Shown here: positions 13,910 through 27,086 of the stretch, piece after piece
Numbering within the stretch: position 1 is the stretch's first letter
Layout of the letters: the number at the start of each line of letters is the position of its first letter
NCBI GenBank assembly: GCA_002633005.1
Contig: NMRA01000196.1
Coordinates: 542,824 to 606,823, forward strand
Reading direction: 5' to 3'
Length of the DNA stretch: 64,000 nucleotides
Source: Phoronis australis
Lineage: Eukaryota > Animalia > Phoronida
Program-made: the position numbers and the translations under genes
The notes under the pieces: model-generated
Seen by the model: only the letters and a program-made list of their open reading frames with translations
The model's database searches: none
What the model was told of the DNA's origin: nothing

Positions 13910-16900
13910 CCGTACATTGAAAGTCAGTGTAAAATTTATTGCCATACATACTACACTGGAATTGCGCATCAAGTATTAAACTGCACACCTCGAAATTACG
14001 ATCGCGTGAGAATATTTGTCTGGGAAAATAATACGGCAAATAAGACAGCTCGCAAATCAAGCACACTAAAAAACTAATTCGCTCGAAAATTCGACGTTTT
14101 ACTAATCGCGTGTCATTCTGATATTTGTATTCTTCACCTGGCGATAAAATGTCGGGTCAGTACTAACAATTATAATTATCATAATATGACGTCATTATGT
14201 CAAAACCGAGAGTACACGATGGCATATGATATGATTTGTTGTAGTGAACAGATACGAAATATAACCGGGTAAGACAGTTTATGGTTCCTTAAATATGCGA
14301 CTTCGAAGTCAGTGGTTGCAACCGAGAAAACACGAGGATTTTGATCCCAGCCGTTGTCAAAACTCTAAAATAGATTATAGTAGTCGGTAACCTAACCCTA
14401 AAGCATAGGCGTTTGGGTTTATCTGTTCCTCGATCGCAAAAGACGTCACTCAATACTAAGAAAACATAAAGGTTGGACACTCACAATCTGTTTGCTCAGT
14501 ATCTCCTACTCAAATGTACACGAAACTCAGCAAAACTTGCATCGAACAAATCTGTGAATACCTTCTTTTATTTGATCTCTTCAAATTGCCTTCGAGTGGT
14601 GATTTGACCAGAAAATGCCAAAAGAATGCCAAAATCACAAATTCAAGGACCTTATTCCGTGATGTCATGGCAGACGGTCTTCGAACATCCGGGTTTTTGG
14701 CGGACGCTCCCGAGCTAAAACCGAAAGTCTATTTTCGCGCGCAGTCAATCCCTCGACTACTAGGTCATGAGAAGCAGAGAGCACATAAAAAACATCATTG
14801 CCAAATAAATGTAACTACTCAGATATTTGTGTCAAATATAAATTATCCTGACACTGTATTGATATGCGAAGTTTTTTGTGTACTGTGATTTCTTATGAAG
14901 GTTTTACTTTTGGCCAAAACCATTGACTTAACTCTTCGGCACGCGCGCATTGTAATACTTGCACGGACTGCGTTTCCTGGCCGAGTGTGTGTTGTGCTTC
15001 AATCAAAAAAAGTGCGTGATGTCAAGATGAGAAACAAGATACGCTAGTTTATGCAATAAAATTCTAAATTAAGGGCTAAGATGAGCTGTCAGTGGAATAA
15101 AGTTACAGATAATCATTGAAATACTAACTTTAACATTCTCAATTAGTTGAGTTTTGGATTAGAATTATTGAATTTGAAATGTACGTTGCTTGCTCAAACT
15201 CGAAGTTTCACCTACGACAGGCGTACAAGTTGACGCACAACTGAAATCCGCCATGTTTATTATTTTAGGTCCTTGAATTCAGAGTTTTGAGATTGTTTTG
15301 CAAAACCCATCGCCAATTGACCACACACAAGGACAATTAAAGGAGAATGCCACCCGATTTAATTAGTCTTTTTTGCAGTCTTAATCGGTCTATATCCACA
15401 CCGCCTGGCATACGGTCGACCTTACCTTGCCAAGAGGTGTCGCGTTAATCTGTGAAGAAGGTGAGAAACGACGCTAGCGACGTCAGTGGTTCATATGCAA
15501 AGTAAATGCCGCTATGTTGCGGTGCATCGGTCCCGCTTGTCCGAACTAAGCAGCTTCGAGGAAAGCGGGTGTATCGTTTTTTTTACTTCCTCGAGAGTCC
15601 TAAATGCTTAGGAAGTGGCTCATGGTATTGAATATTGAAATGTACGCTGTAAATAGCAAGTATGAGGCCGTGAAACATCTCCGTGTCTGTGGCCTGCAGA
15701 CGTCGAAAGTGTCTGACGAATGCGGGCTTACCAAATAACTCCATACGTTCCGTTGTCTGAGCTTGTTCACGGCGCCTCCCTAGTATTTCTTCATCACTGT
15801 ATTCCTGTTCGAATTGATAGCCTGTAAAACTTATAGAGATCCACCTGCGAAGTCGGGACTAATGAGCTCTAGCTCGACCTAAGTCGGGCCTGCGAGTTGC
15901 CATGTTGGCGTTTATTACTGAGCGTTCTGTTTCAAAATGAATTATTCTCACCCTAACCAATACTTATATAAAACTGAAACAAAGTCTGTCTCATTATATG
16001 TAATTTGTAATGCCTTTGTAGTGTTCGTGAGTGCAAATGATTTGAGAAGCCAGCAATGAATAAATTACTACGTTACCGGCTTTAGGTGCAATAAAACTAA
16101 TTGACGGGACACCAAGGCCGTGTAAGCTCATGCTATTTTAGTGTTTGCTGGCAGAAACTGGTGTGAAACAACTCGATTTCCATCTCACGGTCAGGTGTTA
16201 GGGGAACCTTTATTTACATTTATATTACTCAAATAATGATTGTCAATGTACAACTTCTGCCCTGACGGTGCTGTGGCAGAAGCGGAATCTGAATTCGCGG
16301 CCCCCCGACGAGTAAGTAGATTTGCAGTTTCGTGGCTAATTCACCAACATAATCAGGTGCACATTACTTTGGCTCACAAGTATAGTATTTTCTTGACTGG
16401 AAGTTTAGTTTCCTCTGAACTTTGGCTGGTTTATGCTCGTGATGTCTGATCAGTTTCCGAGCCACTGGCCGGGATAACACCAGTCAATACGGCCGAACGC
16501 GACGGGCCTGATCGGGCTCCGAGTCACTGGCCAGGATAACAAGCGTTTTGTGTTTAGAACTAAAAAAATCACAAGTCTAAACAACACAGATCTAGGTTCT
16601 CCGGTGTGTATCTCAGGGAAAATACCTCGAAATTATCTCCTATTAGACCCCAAACTCCTGCTACGGACATTGACCTGCTGCCGAATTTTGCAGTGTAGTC
16701 TACGATGTGTCCAACCAATAAATCCGTAAGAGCGAAATAAAACAACACGTTTTCATAAGAACTTGGTGAATTTTTAAGGGTTTTACATCGAATTTTGATG
16801 ATTTATTGGTATTAAACAATGACTTTAATCCATAAGCTGACACCAGTAACTCGTGTTGTGAACTGCTGAACAGACTGCGTGTGAAACCGAGACGTCATTG

Positions 16901-17210
16901 GATTATTTCAAGACCTCCGTCTGCCGTCAGGTGTCAGGTAACGCAATCGGTCGTGTCGTTATGGAGTAGAACTACTCGATCTAAATTGATACAAATTAAG
17001 TTGTTTTTTAGTGGCATGCTCCTTTAATGGGATCAAGGAAAGATAAGGCTTCGAATGTTTATGCAATACCACACTGAGGGAGGTGCACGCAGATTATATT
17101 CGGATTTTGGACCGTTGAAGTTGGGAGCCTCGGCTTGGCAAACTTTAAGTGTCCAAGCTTTATGTTTCTTATACATGTATATGGTTACAAGTCATCGGGA
17201 AATTCGAGCG
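13910..17210 (+). repeat. Old segmental duplication, copy A (partner 32887-34850)
   Basis: Shared collinear blocks, e.g. AAAACATAAAGGTTGGACACT, TTGCTTGCTCAAACTCGAAGTTT and GGATCAAGGAA, on both sides of the same Kolobok-like insertion. Confidence 0.75.
15341..17023 (-). mobile_element. Kolobok-like non-autonomous element, copy 1
   Basis: TTAA|AGGAGAATGCCAC...GTGGCATGCTCCT|TTAA (TSD 15337-40, 17024-27). TTAA TSD with AG termini is typical of Kolobok rather than piggyBac. Confidence 0.8.
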
Positions 17211-19555
17211 CCTGTTCCCTTAACTAGCCAACCAGCGAAAAGCATGAAGATTATCGTCAAAATACAGCTAGGAACCACTTAGCCTAGGGACAAAGCTGTA
17301 TACGAAATACACAGCTTTGGCCGATATGGCTAAAAATGGCCAAATAAAACCTGACAAAATTAAGTCATTAAAAACAACACTCTTCTATGAGTGCACTAAA
17401 TAATTTGCCAGTGTTGGGAAGACTGGAATCATACCGTTATTCTGCTTCTGAAGTTATGGAGCAATTTCATGCGTCGGTTCTTGGCGCCATGAAATATTGC
17501 GTCACCTATTAGATAGTTTTTTTTCGTCGAATCTTCAGTTAATCGTTTATCTTACACGAGGTTGCGCAAATGTCACAACAAATTCTCGGAACGGGTTTCA
17601 ATTCTTTTCACGATCTGAGTATTTTAACCCGAAACCGATTTTAAGAACAAATTTTGTTGCTGCGAAGTTGTCACTGTCTCCCGAGAGATGTCACAACGAT
17701 TTTAGAAAATGGCAGGTGCGCGTATCACGAGCGAACTGTTTTCAAAACGATAACAGACTTTCTTTTGTTACATAAAGCGGAGAACTAGGCAACAAAATGA
17801 CATTTATTACATAGGCGGATTTAGGGAGGGCCGGTGGTGCACCCCTCTTGGCGGCTCAAAAAACTAAACCAGCAAAAGCACGAGGAAATACTGAGTTTAT
17901 CAATTAACCCTCTTAACTAACATACGGCTGAAAAAAGATTTCACAATGTGTGGAGATTTAGTTAGTGTGTGCGTGGAGGGGGGGTTCACATCCAATTTCA
18001 AATGTCCGATTCAGACAACTGGCGCAATCGTGACGGTAACTATGGCTAAGTAATGCCGATCCCAGTCGATAAGTGCGTGACATCCCAGGCGACAGGCAGT
18101 GGCGCTGCGCACTACCACTCCGTCTTCGTCGTCTGCTCCACTATGCAATGAAGAAAGAAAATTACTTGATGTTTTTCAAAAGAATACGGAAGCTGAGTGA
18201 TGACAAAGAAACAGAAGCTGCTGGTAAGATGCACATTTTAGTCGAAGCCTTAGTGAATCACTCAGACAACCAGGATTTTCTCTTTGTCAAACATTAAAAT
18301 TAATACGATTTGCAAACCAACCGCATAGTTATTGCCAACACGAAAAATTATTTGGTCTTTTGGGCAACATAAAACTGTTTTAAACACAACTTTTACTATG
18401 AACTGGTTGCACAAAATAAATAGCGTGTAATAAACATTAAAAAGGGAAGGTTGAGGCAGGTTGGCGCGCTAACGCTGTGGACCATAACAAGTATGTCTCT
18501 TAGCATGGCATCTTAGTTGGAAGCTTGTTGGCGCAGCTCGCTGGTCCCCTACGTGCCTAGCCAGCACGCAGGTATCACGCAGTGGCACGCACTTTGATGT
18601 AACTTCAGCAGTCATTGGTTAGCCGTGAAAAAATGGCGGAATGCGAACGATTTTTAGCCTTGTAATGCAAGTGCCGTCGCAGCAACTATTTCGTTTCTGC
18701 AGTGATGTTTAATAGCCGCGCGCTTGAAGCACATGCAAGTGCAATAAACAAATATCTGGCCGATTTAACCGGTGTATTAGTCATCCCTGTATGACTACAG
18801 GACAGTACCGTAAACAAAAGTAATCGAAAGTAGAAAGATGCATTCCAAAAAGGCGCAACCACAATTTCAAGGATTCACATTTCCGGAACATAAATTTTAA
18901 TCAGCGATTTGTCTGTACAGCAGACATCATTTACACTTCAGTACATCAGTCATGACACCATAGACTACAGAGTATTTATGATATCAGTTTGTTTGCGCAT
19001 AGGCGGATTTAGGGGGGAAGCCCAGGGGGCCCGCCCCCCCCCCCTGGCAGCCGCAAAAAATAAAACACTAAGAGCGTAAGGAAATGGTGAGTTTATTAAT
19101 TAAACCCGATAAATAAAATTATACGGAGGAAAAAGGATTTAAATCTGTGCAGTGTTGGGGGGGGGGCTCAAATCCAATTGCAAGTGTCAAATTCGGAACA
19201 CGGCGCATTCGTAACGGAACTATGGCTTAGGATAGGCTCTCCCGCGATATCCCAGGCGACCGGCAGTGGCGCTGCACACTACGACTCCGTTTCCGTCGTC
19301 TGCTCCACTGTGCAATGAAGAAAATTTACTTCATTTTTTAAAGAAAATGGAACCTGAATGACGATGAAAAATCAGAAGCTGCTGGTAAGATGTGAATTTT
19401 AATCGAAGCCTTAGTGAATTACTCAGAAACTCGCAATACTCTCTTTGTCAAACCTCATCTTAAGACCATTTCCAAAGCAATCCCGTCATTATTGCAAACA
19501 CGAAAAACGGATTTGGTCTTTTGGGCATTTGAAGACACTTTTAAATACGACAAAT

Positions 19556-19772
19556 CAGAGGCGGATCTACAGGGGGGTTCAGGGGGTTTAAACCCCCCCC
19601 CCTCGGGACAGGATCAAAAATAAAAACTGGAAAAAAAAATCGCCAGAAAAACGAAATTAGCTACTAAAAATCCCAAAAATCTCGCGACCTTCCTTCTCCT
19701 CGGCGCTACGCGCCTCGGATTCTTTCGAATCCTAAACCCCCCCCCCTTACTGAAATCGTAGATCTGCCACTG
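19556..19772. mobile_element. 217-bp hAT5-like MITE, nest level 4
   Basis: CAGAGGCGGATCTAC...GTAGATCTGCCACTG, perfect TSD CAAAT (19551-55, 19773-77). Absent from the other family A copies. Confidence 0.85.
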
Positions 19773-19900
19773 CAAATTTGTTAAGAATTGATGGCACAAA
19801 ATATAGAACGAGTAATAAGCATTACAAAAAGAAGTAGGTTTCGCGGGGAAACGCTGTGGACCATAAATAAGTAGGTCTCTCTGAAAAGGTTGATTGTTAA

Positions 19901-19979
19901 GGCGCGTTGGTGTAGCGGTAACGTACGCGGGCTTTGTCCGCAAGGTCCTGAGTTCGAGACTTAGTACTTGCACTTTTTT
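19901..19979 (+). ncRNA. tRNA-derived Pol III-like cassette inside family A element
   Basis: A box TGGTGTAGCGG, B box GAGTTCGAGAC about 40 nt downstream, T6 run at 19974-79. Equivalent boxes at ~2095-2163 (-) and, split, at 18523-18536/20327-20385. Cloverleaf is imperfect. Confidence 0.55.
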
Positions 19980-20948
19980 CTGTTCGACACGTTCTCCGCT
20001 TTGTGTTCTATTTTGCCTTTTTTGTCTTCAGGAATCAAGGAAAATGCTTGAATTTTAGAGGTAAAAACAGAAAAATTTCTTGGGCGGGAGGGGGGTTTGC
20101 ACTTCGGTACTATGCGCATCTACAATCGTGGTTCAGTTTGCGCAAATGCTTACAGCCCCCCTTGTGATATCCTAGATCCGCCACTGTTGTGTAAAGCGCT
20201 GCCTGTTGAGAATTCGACTAGCCAATCAGAAACGCGTAAAAAAATTCCCGAGGAAAATTAAGTGATACCTGCATGCTGGCTACTGACCAGCCAGCGGCAC
20301 GCAGAGAACCAGCGAGGTTGGCGCAGTGGGAGAGCACATCCGCTCTGATCAATTAGTCGTGAGTTCAAGTCCATGCGCGTTACGATTTTTCCATTTCTAC
20401 AAATAGTTTCAGTGTTTTGTTTTGTTTTTCTTCCTTAATTTATGATGATACTTCAGATACCAAGTAAAATGCTTGAGGCAAAAACAAAATTTTCTCCGCC
20501 CACTCGGCATTATGCGCCTCTACAATTGTGCTTTGAGAGATTGTTTATGAGACAAAATGTTGACCCCCCTTATGATATCCTAGATCCGCCGCTGTATTAA
20601 ATTGTATTCCACTTAAACGGCCGTAACGGCAAGGTAAGTATAGTACCGTCGGAGGTCCTAAAGCCGTCAGTGTCCTAAGTCGTGAACGACCTTATTTCCG
20701 CTTCTACGCGGTCCCGCGACAGCTAGCGTTGAAGTTTTCAGCGTTCGTCTGCTTACGAACGTCAAACGAGTTCCCGGACGTGCTCATATTCACAAGATGA
20801 TACACAGTGCGTGGAGTGGCTTCTTTTTACAAAGGTATCATATAACACCATATTTCACTAATCCACTTTTTGTGCATTTTCAAAATATATTTTCGATACT
20901 AAACATTGTTCAGATTTGATGTAACACGCGCTCCAGGGGTGGCTTTAA

Positions 20949-22578
20949 AGGAGAATGCCACTCAAAAACAACCTATTTTAAATCAATTTAGATCGAGTAG
21001 TTCCACTTGATAACAGCAAGTTCAGTTGTTTTACCTGACACTTGACGGCAGACGGAGGTGTTGAAATTAACCTATGACGTAATCGGTTCGAACGCAGTCT
21101 GTTCATCCGTTCAAGACACGCTTATTGGTGTCAACTTATCGCTTGAATGCATCGTTTTACACCAATAAATCATCAAATTTCGATGTAAAACCCTTACAAA
21201 TACATCGAGTTCTTGAACTCACGTGTTGATTTCTTTCACAGTTAGGGATTCATAGGTATCTGAACGTACGGTAGCCTGCAGAGTTCGGTCAAGGAGTGTA
21301 GACTCCTAGGTTCGGTAGGCCAATTTATTATGGTCGATCGCGGGAGATTGGGTCTGTTTAGTGATAAATTCGAATTATTCTTCTGTTTAATACAGACATA
21401 AAATTAGCTGCGTGTTTTACTTTTAGACTTGCGATTTTTTAAGTTCTAAACAGATAAAAAGCTTTTTATCCCAGCCTGAGTTCCTCGGCCGCCGGGACTG
21501 GACATCACGAACAAAAACCAGCTTAATTTGGTAACTAAACCTCCAGTTAGGATAAGACTATACTCGTAAATTAGCCACGAAACTTCAGATCTACTCACAT
21601 GTACTTGTCGGGGGCCGCGAAATCAAGTTGCCCTTTATCAGAACCGTCAGGGCAAAAATTTACAGTAGCAATGATGCGAATAATGTATTTGTAGATCTAA
21701 ATATAGATTCCCCTAACATGTCGCCATAGCACATAAAATCGAGTTATTAATTGTTTCACATCAGGTTTCAGTCAGTAAACACTGAATTAGCATGCGCTCA
21801 CACGGCCTCGGTGCCCGGTCTACTACCTTTATTGCATCTGAAGCCGGTAACGCAGTGATTTATTCACAGCTGGCTTCTCGAAACATTTGCACTCACGAAA
21901 ACTCCAAAGGCATTACAAATTTTATCTAATGAGACAGACTTTGTTTCTGTTTTATATAAGCATTGGTTAGGGTGAGAATAATTCATTTCGAAACATAACG
22001 CAGAATAATGGACATCAACATGGCAACTCGGAATCCCGAATTTGACGAGATCTCATTCCACGAAGACTTCGAAGGTGGATCGTTAAGTTTCACAGGCTGT
22101 CAGTTCGAACCGGATTTCAGTGATCAAGAAATAATAGAGAGGCACCGTGAACATGGACAGGCAACGGAACGTATGGATACTTCCTTGGTAAGCCGGCATT
22201 CCTCACACTCACTGTCGACGACTGCCGGCCACAGACACGGAGATGTTTCACGGCCTCATACTTGTTATTAAGAGCGTGCGTTTCATTCTTCACTACCGCG
22301 AGCCACTTCCGAAGCATTTCGGGTTGTCGAGGAAGTCGAAAAAACGATATACCCGCTTTCCTCGCAGCTGCATAGTTCGGACAAGCGGAAACCCTTCACA
22401 GCGACATAGCGGCATTCACTCTGCAAATGAAACAGTGACGTTGCTGCGTTGTTTCTCACCTTCTTCAAAGATTAGCGCGACAACTCTCGGCAAGGTAAGG
22501 TCGACCGTATGCGAGGCGATGTGGATATAAACAAATTAAGACTGTAAAAAAACTAATGAAATTGGGTAGCATTCTCCT
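20949..22578 (+). mobile_element. Kolobok-like non-autonomous element, copy 2 (inverted relative to copy 1)
   Basis: TTAA|AGGAGAATGCCAC...GTAGCATTCTCCT|TTAA (TSD 20945-48, 22579-82). Confidence 0.85.
22008..22430 (+). pseudogene. KolX / P2X7 C-terminal (ballast)-like remnant in the Kolobok-like element
   Basis: QFEPDFSDQE N-terminal motif, then FHGLILVIKSVRFILHYREPL and RFPRSCIVRT..HSGIHS, resembling P2RX7 FRKLVLSRHVLQFLLLYQEPL and LPSCCRWRIR..YSGFKS (recalled from memory). Frameshifted. Confidence 0.55.
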
Positions 22579-22944
22579 TTAACAATGTATCAAAATATTC
22601 CAGGTTCGATCAAGTTTTGCAAAGCCAAAGCAATAAAATACAGAGAGATAACTGATGCTGGGTTCCTAGCGTTTTATGTAAATAATGTGACCTCAGGCTG
22701 AAAACGTCTGTGCACATCGGAGTTGGGTACAAAACACATTACAATTTATTTTAATTGAAAGTGAATTAATACATAATGTGATGCGTTTTTATGTCCTCTA
22801 GAGTAACTGTAAGCACTGTAGCTTATTTGTGTGGTCTTACGTAGTGCATTTTCGTCTAAAGGAAACTGTCAAGATTTTAGGGCCTCATTCAAAATGGCCT
22901 GCGATATGAACGACCGTTTCAAAATTCTGCTTACGAAGGGTGAC

Positions 22945-23602
22945 CACAGGCGTCCTCATTTTCTGATCGTCCCCAAAACACTATATAAGTACTACATGGT
23001 GTGACACTCGGGTGCTTCAATTCAGTCTTCCAAAACTCAATAAATTTACACAAAACAGGGGTTCAACAAACCATTGGCAATTGTTCTTTCTTCTAATACC
23101 ATTTACGGTATCCTGCTTCAGCGAGCTCGTAAGAAATTTGCGTTCAAAGCACAAGAATCTTCCCAAAAGCCCATGCCATATTGCGTACTAACTCCCGTGT
23201 CCCACGCGAGTCGGTTCAAGGTCAAGTACGGTACGGAATTATCCAATGAGTTACGGATAGACAGCAATTGCCAGTTTATGACGGAAGGTTACCAAATGTC
23301 GTGGATAAGTGTGAAGTTATCGATATCGTGATATTCCTTGACAAATTGGCAATTTCCGTGGGACAAGGAGTTTGTACGCATGGATTTTTTGGGAAGATTT
23401 TGTGCTTTGACGCAAATTTCTTACGAATTCGCTGGAGCAGGACACCATAAATGGTATTAGAAGAAAGAGCAATTGCTCGTGGTTTGTTGAACCTCTGTAT
23501 GGTGTAAATGTATTGAGTTTTATGTTTGATATGGACGGCTGAATTAAAGAACCCGTAAAATTTCTTTTCAGTCCCGAGTGTCAGAAGCTGAGGACGCCTG
23601 TG
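22945..23602. mobile_element. 8-bp-TSD TIR element, copy 2, foldback form
   Basis: CACAGGCGTCCTCA...TGAGGACGCCTGTG. Flanks AGGGTGAC / ACGGAGAC (6/8). The two ~300-bp halves are inverted copies of the left part of the element at 1056. Confidence 0.75.
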
Positions 23603-26555
23603 ACGGAGACAAACAAGGATTAAGATTGGAAAAACACGTATTTGTGAAGGGTGATATATGTCCATGACACACATGAGCAGTTGCCAACGGCCGCACATTG
23701 GGTAGTATGACAATCAGCTGCTTTTTATGTTGATGTTCACGACTTAAGGTAACCGGTGTCTACAGTAGGCTTCGAAATTTAACACCGCCCGGGTACATGT
23801 TACTTCCTCAAGAAACTTACATGTAATAACTTGTAGAGCTAATTACGGCGTTTTCCCGTTGATCCCAACTTTTTCGATTCTGTAGCCCAACAACAAGTTG
23901 GGAAGAGGACCACTGTAGCCAATATCTTACACAACTGATTAGCTCCATTCTGGCATTTACATGCATGGTTAGAGGGCCAGCTCTTTTTAAATTTGTTCGA
24001 TAATCTTTCTAATCTTGAATAAGATGTATCTATAGCCTGACTGGGCTGTGCCGTTAAAATAAAAGTTAAGCTATAACATATTTGAACATAAACTTACAGA
24101 ATTTTTTAAATCCTCGTCAAATGCTGATCATGTTTAGTTTTTGAATCGCCAAAATCACCCAACTACAACCGAAGTTAGGGCAATCTATTATTTCCAAACG
24201 TACCAATTCGCTCTCTGGGTTTGACTGTGTTCACATGTTGTCTGTAGTAAGCCTGGTAGACAGTTGGCTTGCCTGTTTTCATAATAGAAATTGACTACAT
24301 GTACTTGGCAGTTAAATAAGAAGCTAGATGTGATCACACGCTCAAAACTTTTACGTCAGGTAAAGTCACTGAAAGGGAGAACGCCGTGATGTAATGACCG
24401 GAGGGGGAATGTAAAATCTGGGAGTCAACCCGGAGACACTCACCTTGACAGTTGCATCTGTTTAAGTGAAAAGCATTATAATAAACGTCATTTCCTTGCA
24501 CAACTTTTCCGCCTTTGAAAAAGTCTACCGTCGTTCTGAAAACACTACGCTAGTTGCTCGCCCAAACGCCATTTCAGTTGTGACATCTCTCGGGAGATAA
24601 TGGCAGCTTCGTATCAGCAAAATTTGTTCTGAATTCGAATCTTTTTGCTGGCATTAAAACGGTAAATACTTATAAATAAATGAAAACCAGTTCCGATAAT
24701 TTGTTGTGGCACGAACGCATTATAAAGAAATAAGAATTGATTGAAGGATAGGCGAAAAGCGAAACTTGCCTATAGGTGACGCTATATTTCATGGCACCGA
24801 AAGCCGGTGTCGGGTGAAATTTCTTCCCCGTGAAATTTCTTCCCCGTGAAATTTCTTCCCATTCTGACCCTTTTGCGCATGCGCGGTATTGAGGGGAAGT
24901 TATTTCACGTCTAAGGCATGAAATTTCTTCCCCCGTGAAATTTCTTCCCAAACGAAAACGGCAAAGCACAGCTGTAAAATAAGCCTAAAAATAGAAATTT
25001 ACTTCGTGTGTGATAATGTAACGATTTTAGTCCATTTCTCTTGTTATGTTAGACATTGGTAAATGAATTGTAATTAGATTTACTTCAAATCAGTCGCCGG
25101 TCAGTAGGCTTGCGCACATATGGCCTGATTTGCGGGTTGTGATCATGCTTTTGTTTGTTTTATTGTACTCTGTAAACTGTATTATGAGCTAATATTACTT
25201 ATGTTAATAAACCTGTCACCCTCTGTCTCACTCTCTCTGTCTCTTTCTCTCTACTTGCGGGGAGGAATCCCGTTAGCTAAGTAGGATCATGCCCCTGACT
25301 GCTGTGGAGTGCATCCCGGCGGACCGGGGAGTCCTCTGTTGAAAGACAAATTAGTAAAAAGCTGATTCAAAAAAGTGACATTCTGTAGACTATATACTTA
25401 TAATTGATTCATAAGATTAAAAATATTTCTGAATTTCATTTCCTGGCTTGGGCGTCGCCCGACCTTAGGCCCGTCGCTGTGAAGGGCTCTTCGTCGCCCA
25501 CTCCGATCTGAGTGTTTTTTTCGCTTGTACTGAATTTCCTTCAAGAATATGTCAGAAATACTCGAATGGGTAAAAATACTCTGTTGGGTATATTCCCAGT
25601 AAGGCATTATCATTTGTTGTGGTACGTAATAAGTTAAAATAATCGATGCCCACCTGTATGACCGAAGGCGATGATCTCGGAGAAAAAAGGTGTCTTATGT
25701 GAAATAGCGTTCCTACATCATCAAACGCATCTTCCAGAAAAGTCTTACAAAAATGTACACTAAAAGAAAACACAGAAATTGGAAACCTTGTTTTTCCAGG
25801 AAATTCAGTTCATAAGATTCCGGAAAAAGGGAAATTTTCAAAATCGGTTTAGGAAAACTCCTGCAAGCGAAATAATTAGCGAGAATCAGGGAAAGTATTA
25901 AAAACTCTTAAGATCATTTTACAAAATCACGTGCCGTGGGAAAAATGGACCATCACAGTTACAATGGGTAAAAATTGTAGTAGAATATATACACTTTCTT
26001 GCTAAGGAAACTGAATTCGCAGATTAAACTATTGAATCTTTGAATGCGCCCTGAGCGCGTGGAGCGCTCCGCAAATGAAGGCTGAGATCAATCCTTGATA
26101 AACAAAACTATTTTAGTCTGTTATATTCCATAGTGTTGTATATCAAGGAACTTGCAAATATATATGTAGTAGGAATTACTTACTTCATGCGGGAACAAGA
26201 TGAACGAGTATCCTGCGTGAATTGAAATAAGGTGCACATCAAACCATATAACAAACAGTTGTCAATTCGTAGGCCTATCAAAAATGTCTTGACAATTCGC
26301 AAAAACTAAAAATGCCGAAGAAAATTATTTCTTGACGAAAGAAATTGAAGGCCTTGGTATTTTTAGCAGAGAATTTAGTACCCTATTTTTAATTAAAAGT
26401 TTTTGAAAAATCGCAAAAACGTCAAACTGAAAATAATTCAACGTACTCGAAATGTGATTTTATTCTGGCTGGCACCAGAAAGACTATAACTGACGCTTGT
26501 TTTTTTTCATACGACGAAGGCATAGGGGCCTAATCTTTACATGTATGTATATACT

Positions 26556-26557
<2 letters not shown>

Positions 26558-26610
<53 letters not shown>
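26558..26610. repeat. (TG)n microsatellite
   Basis: About 26 GT units, seen directly. Confidence 0.97.
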
Positions 26611-26613
<3 letters not shown>

Positions 26614-27086
26614 CAAACCCCTAAATTAGTGATATTCCATCGATTTTGGCTTAATATTTAATGTTTCCCACTTATTTTCGGGTTACCAATCCAGTTTAAA
26701 CATGTCCTTCAAGGAATTACCTCAGTGCATTGTAAAAATAACTGATTTTTCTATAGCCCAGAATTCTTTGTAGGCCCATAAACGAAATGGACCTTACCTA
26801 AAAATGTTGTGTGATATAATTGAAGTTGAAGAATTATTACCCCCTCAATTTTCTGTGTGGAGGTTTAAACTTTATTCGCCAAAGAATCCCAATCAAAAAT
26901 TTTTATGACCTATAAATTTATTGGTTAGCAGTGAAACATGCTCAGACAAGTTTTCATTTATTGAGAAGTCAGTGAATATTTTACAAGAAAACAGGTGTTC
27001 TATAACTTGATAAAATATGAAAGCCAAAAACCTAGCATAAATGGAGCCACAGCTAGAAATCGTAAAATTTTTGTACAAACTTAGAC

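Larger units (their letters stand above)
18998..20186 (+). mobile_element. hAT5-like family A, inner copy, nest level 3
   Basis: CATAGGCGGATTTAGGG...CCTAGATCCGCCACTG. TSD TTGCG / TTGTG (one CpG-type change). Confidence 0.85.
18537..20316. mobile_element. Unclassified TIR element with 10-bp TSD, nest level 2
   Basis: TIR CTCGCTGGTCCCCTACGTGCC / GGCACGCAGAGAACCAGCGAG plus inner IR TAGCCAGCACGCAGGTATCAC. TSD GTTGGCGCAG at 18527-18536 and 20317-20326. Confidence 0.8.
17810..20594 (+). mobile_element. hAT5-like family A, outer copy of the nest
   Basis: CATAGGCGGATTTAGGG...CCTAGATCCGCCGCTG, perfect TSD TATTA (17805-09, 20595-99). Confidence 0.85.

Noticed and set aside
19901-19972. Functional tRNA gene
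   Set aside because: Acceptor and anticodon stems pair poorly, copies differ, and it lies inside a repeat.
25255-25345. GC-rich structured segment as an HDV-like ribozyme
   Set aside because: I could not build the nested P1/P2/P3 pseudoknot on either strand.
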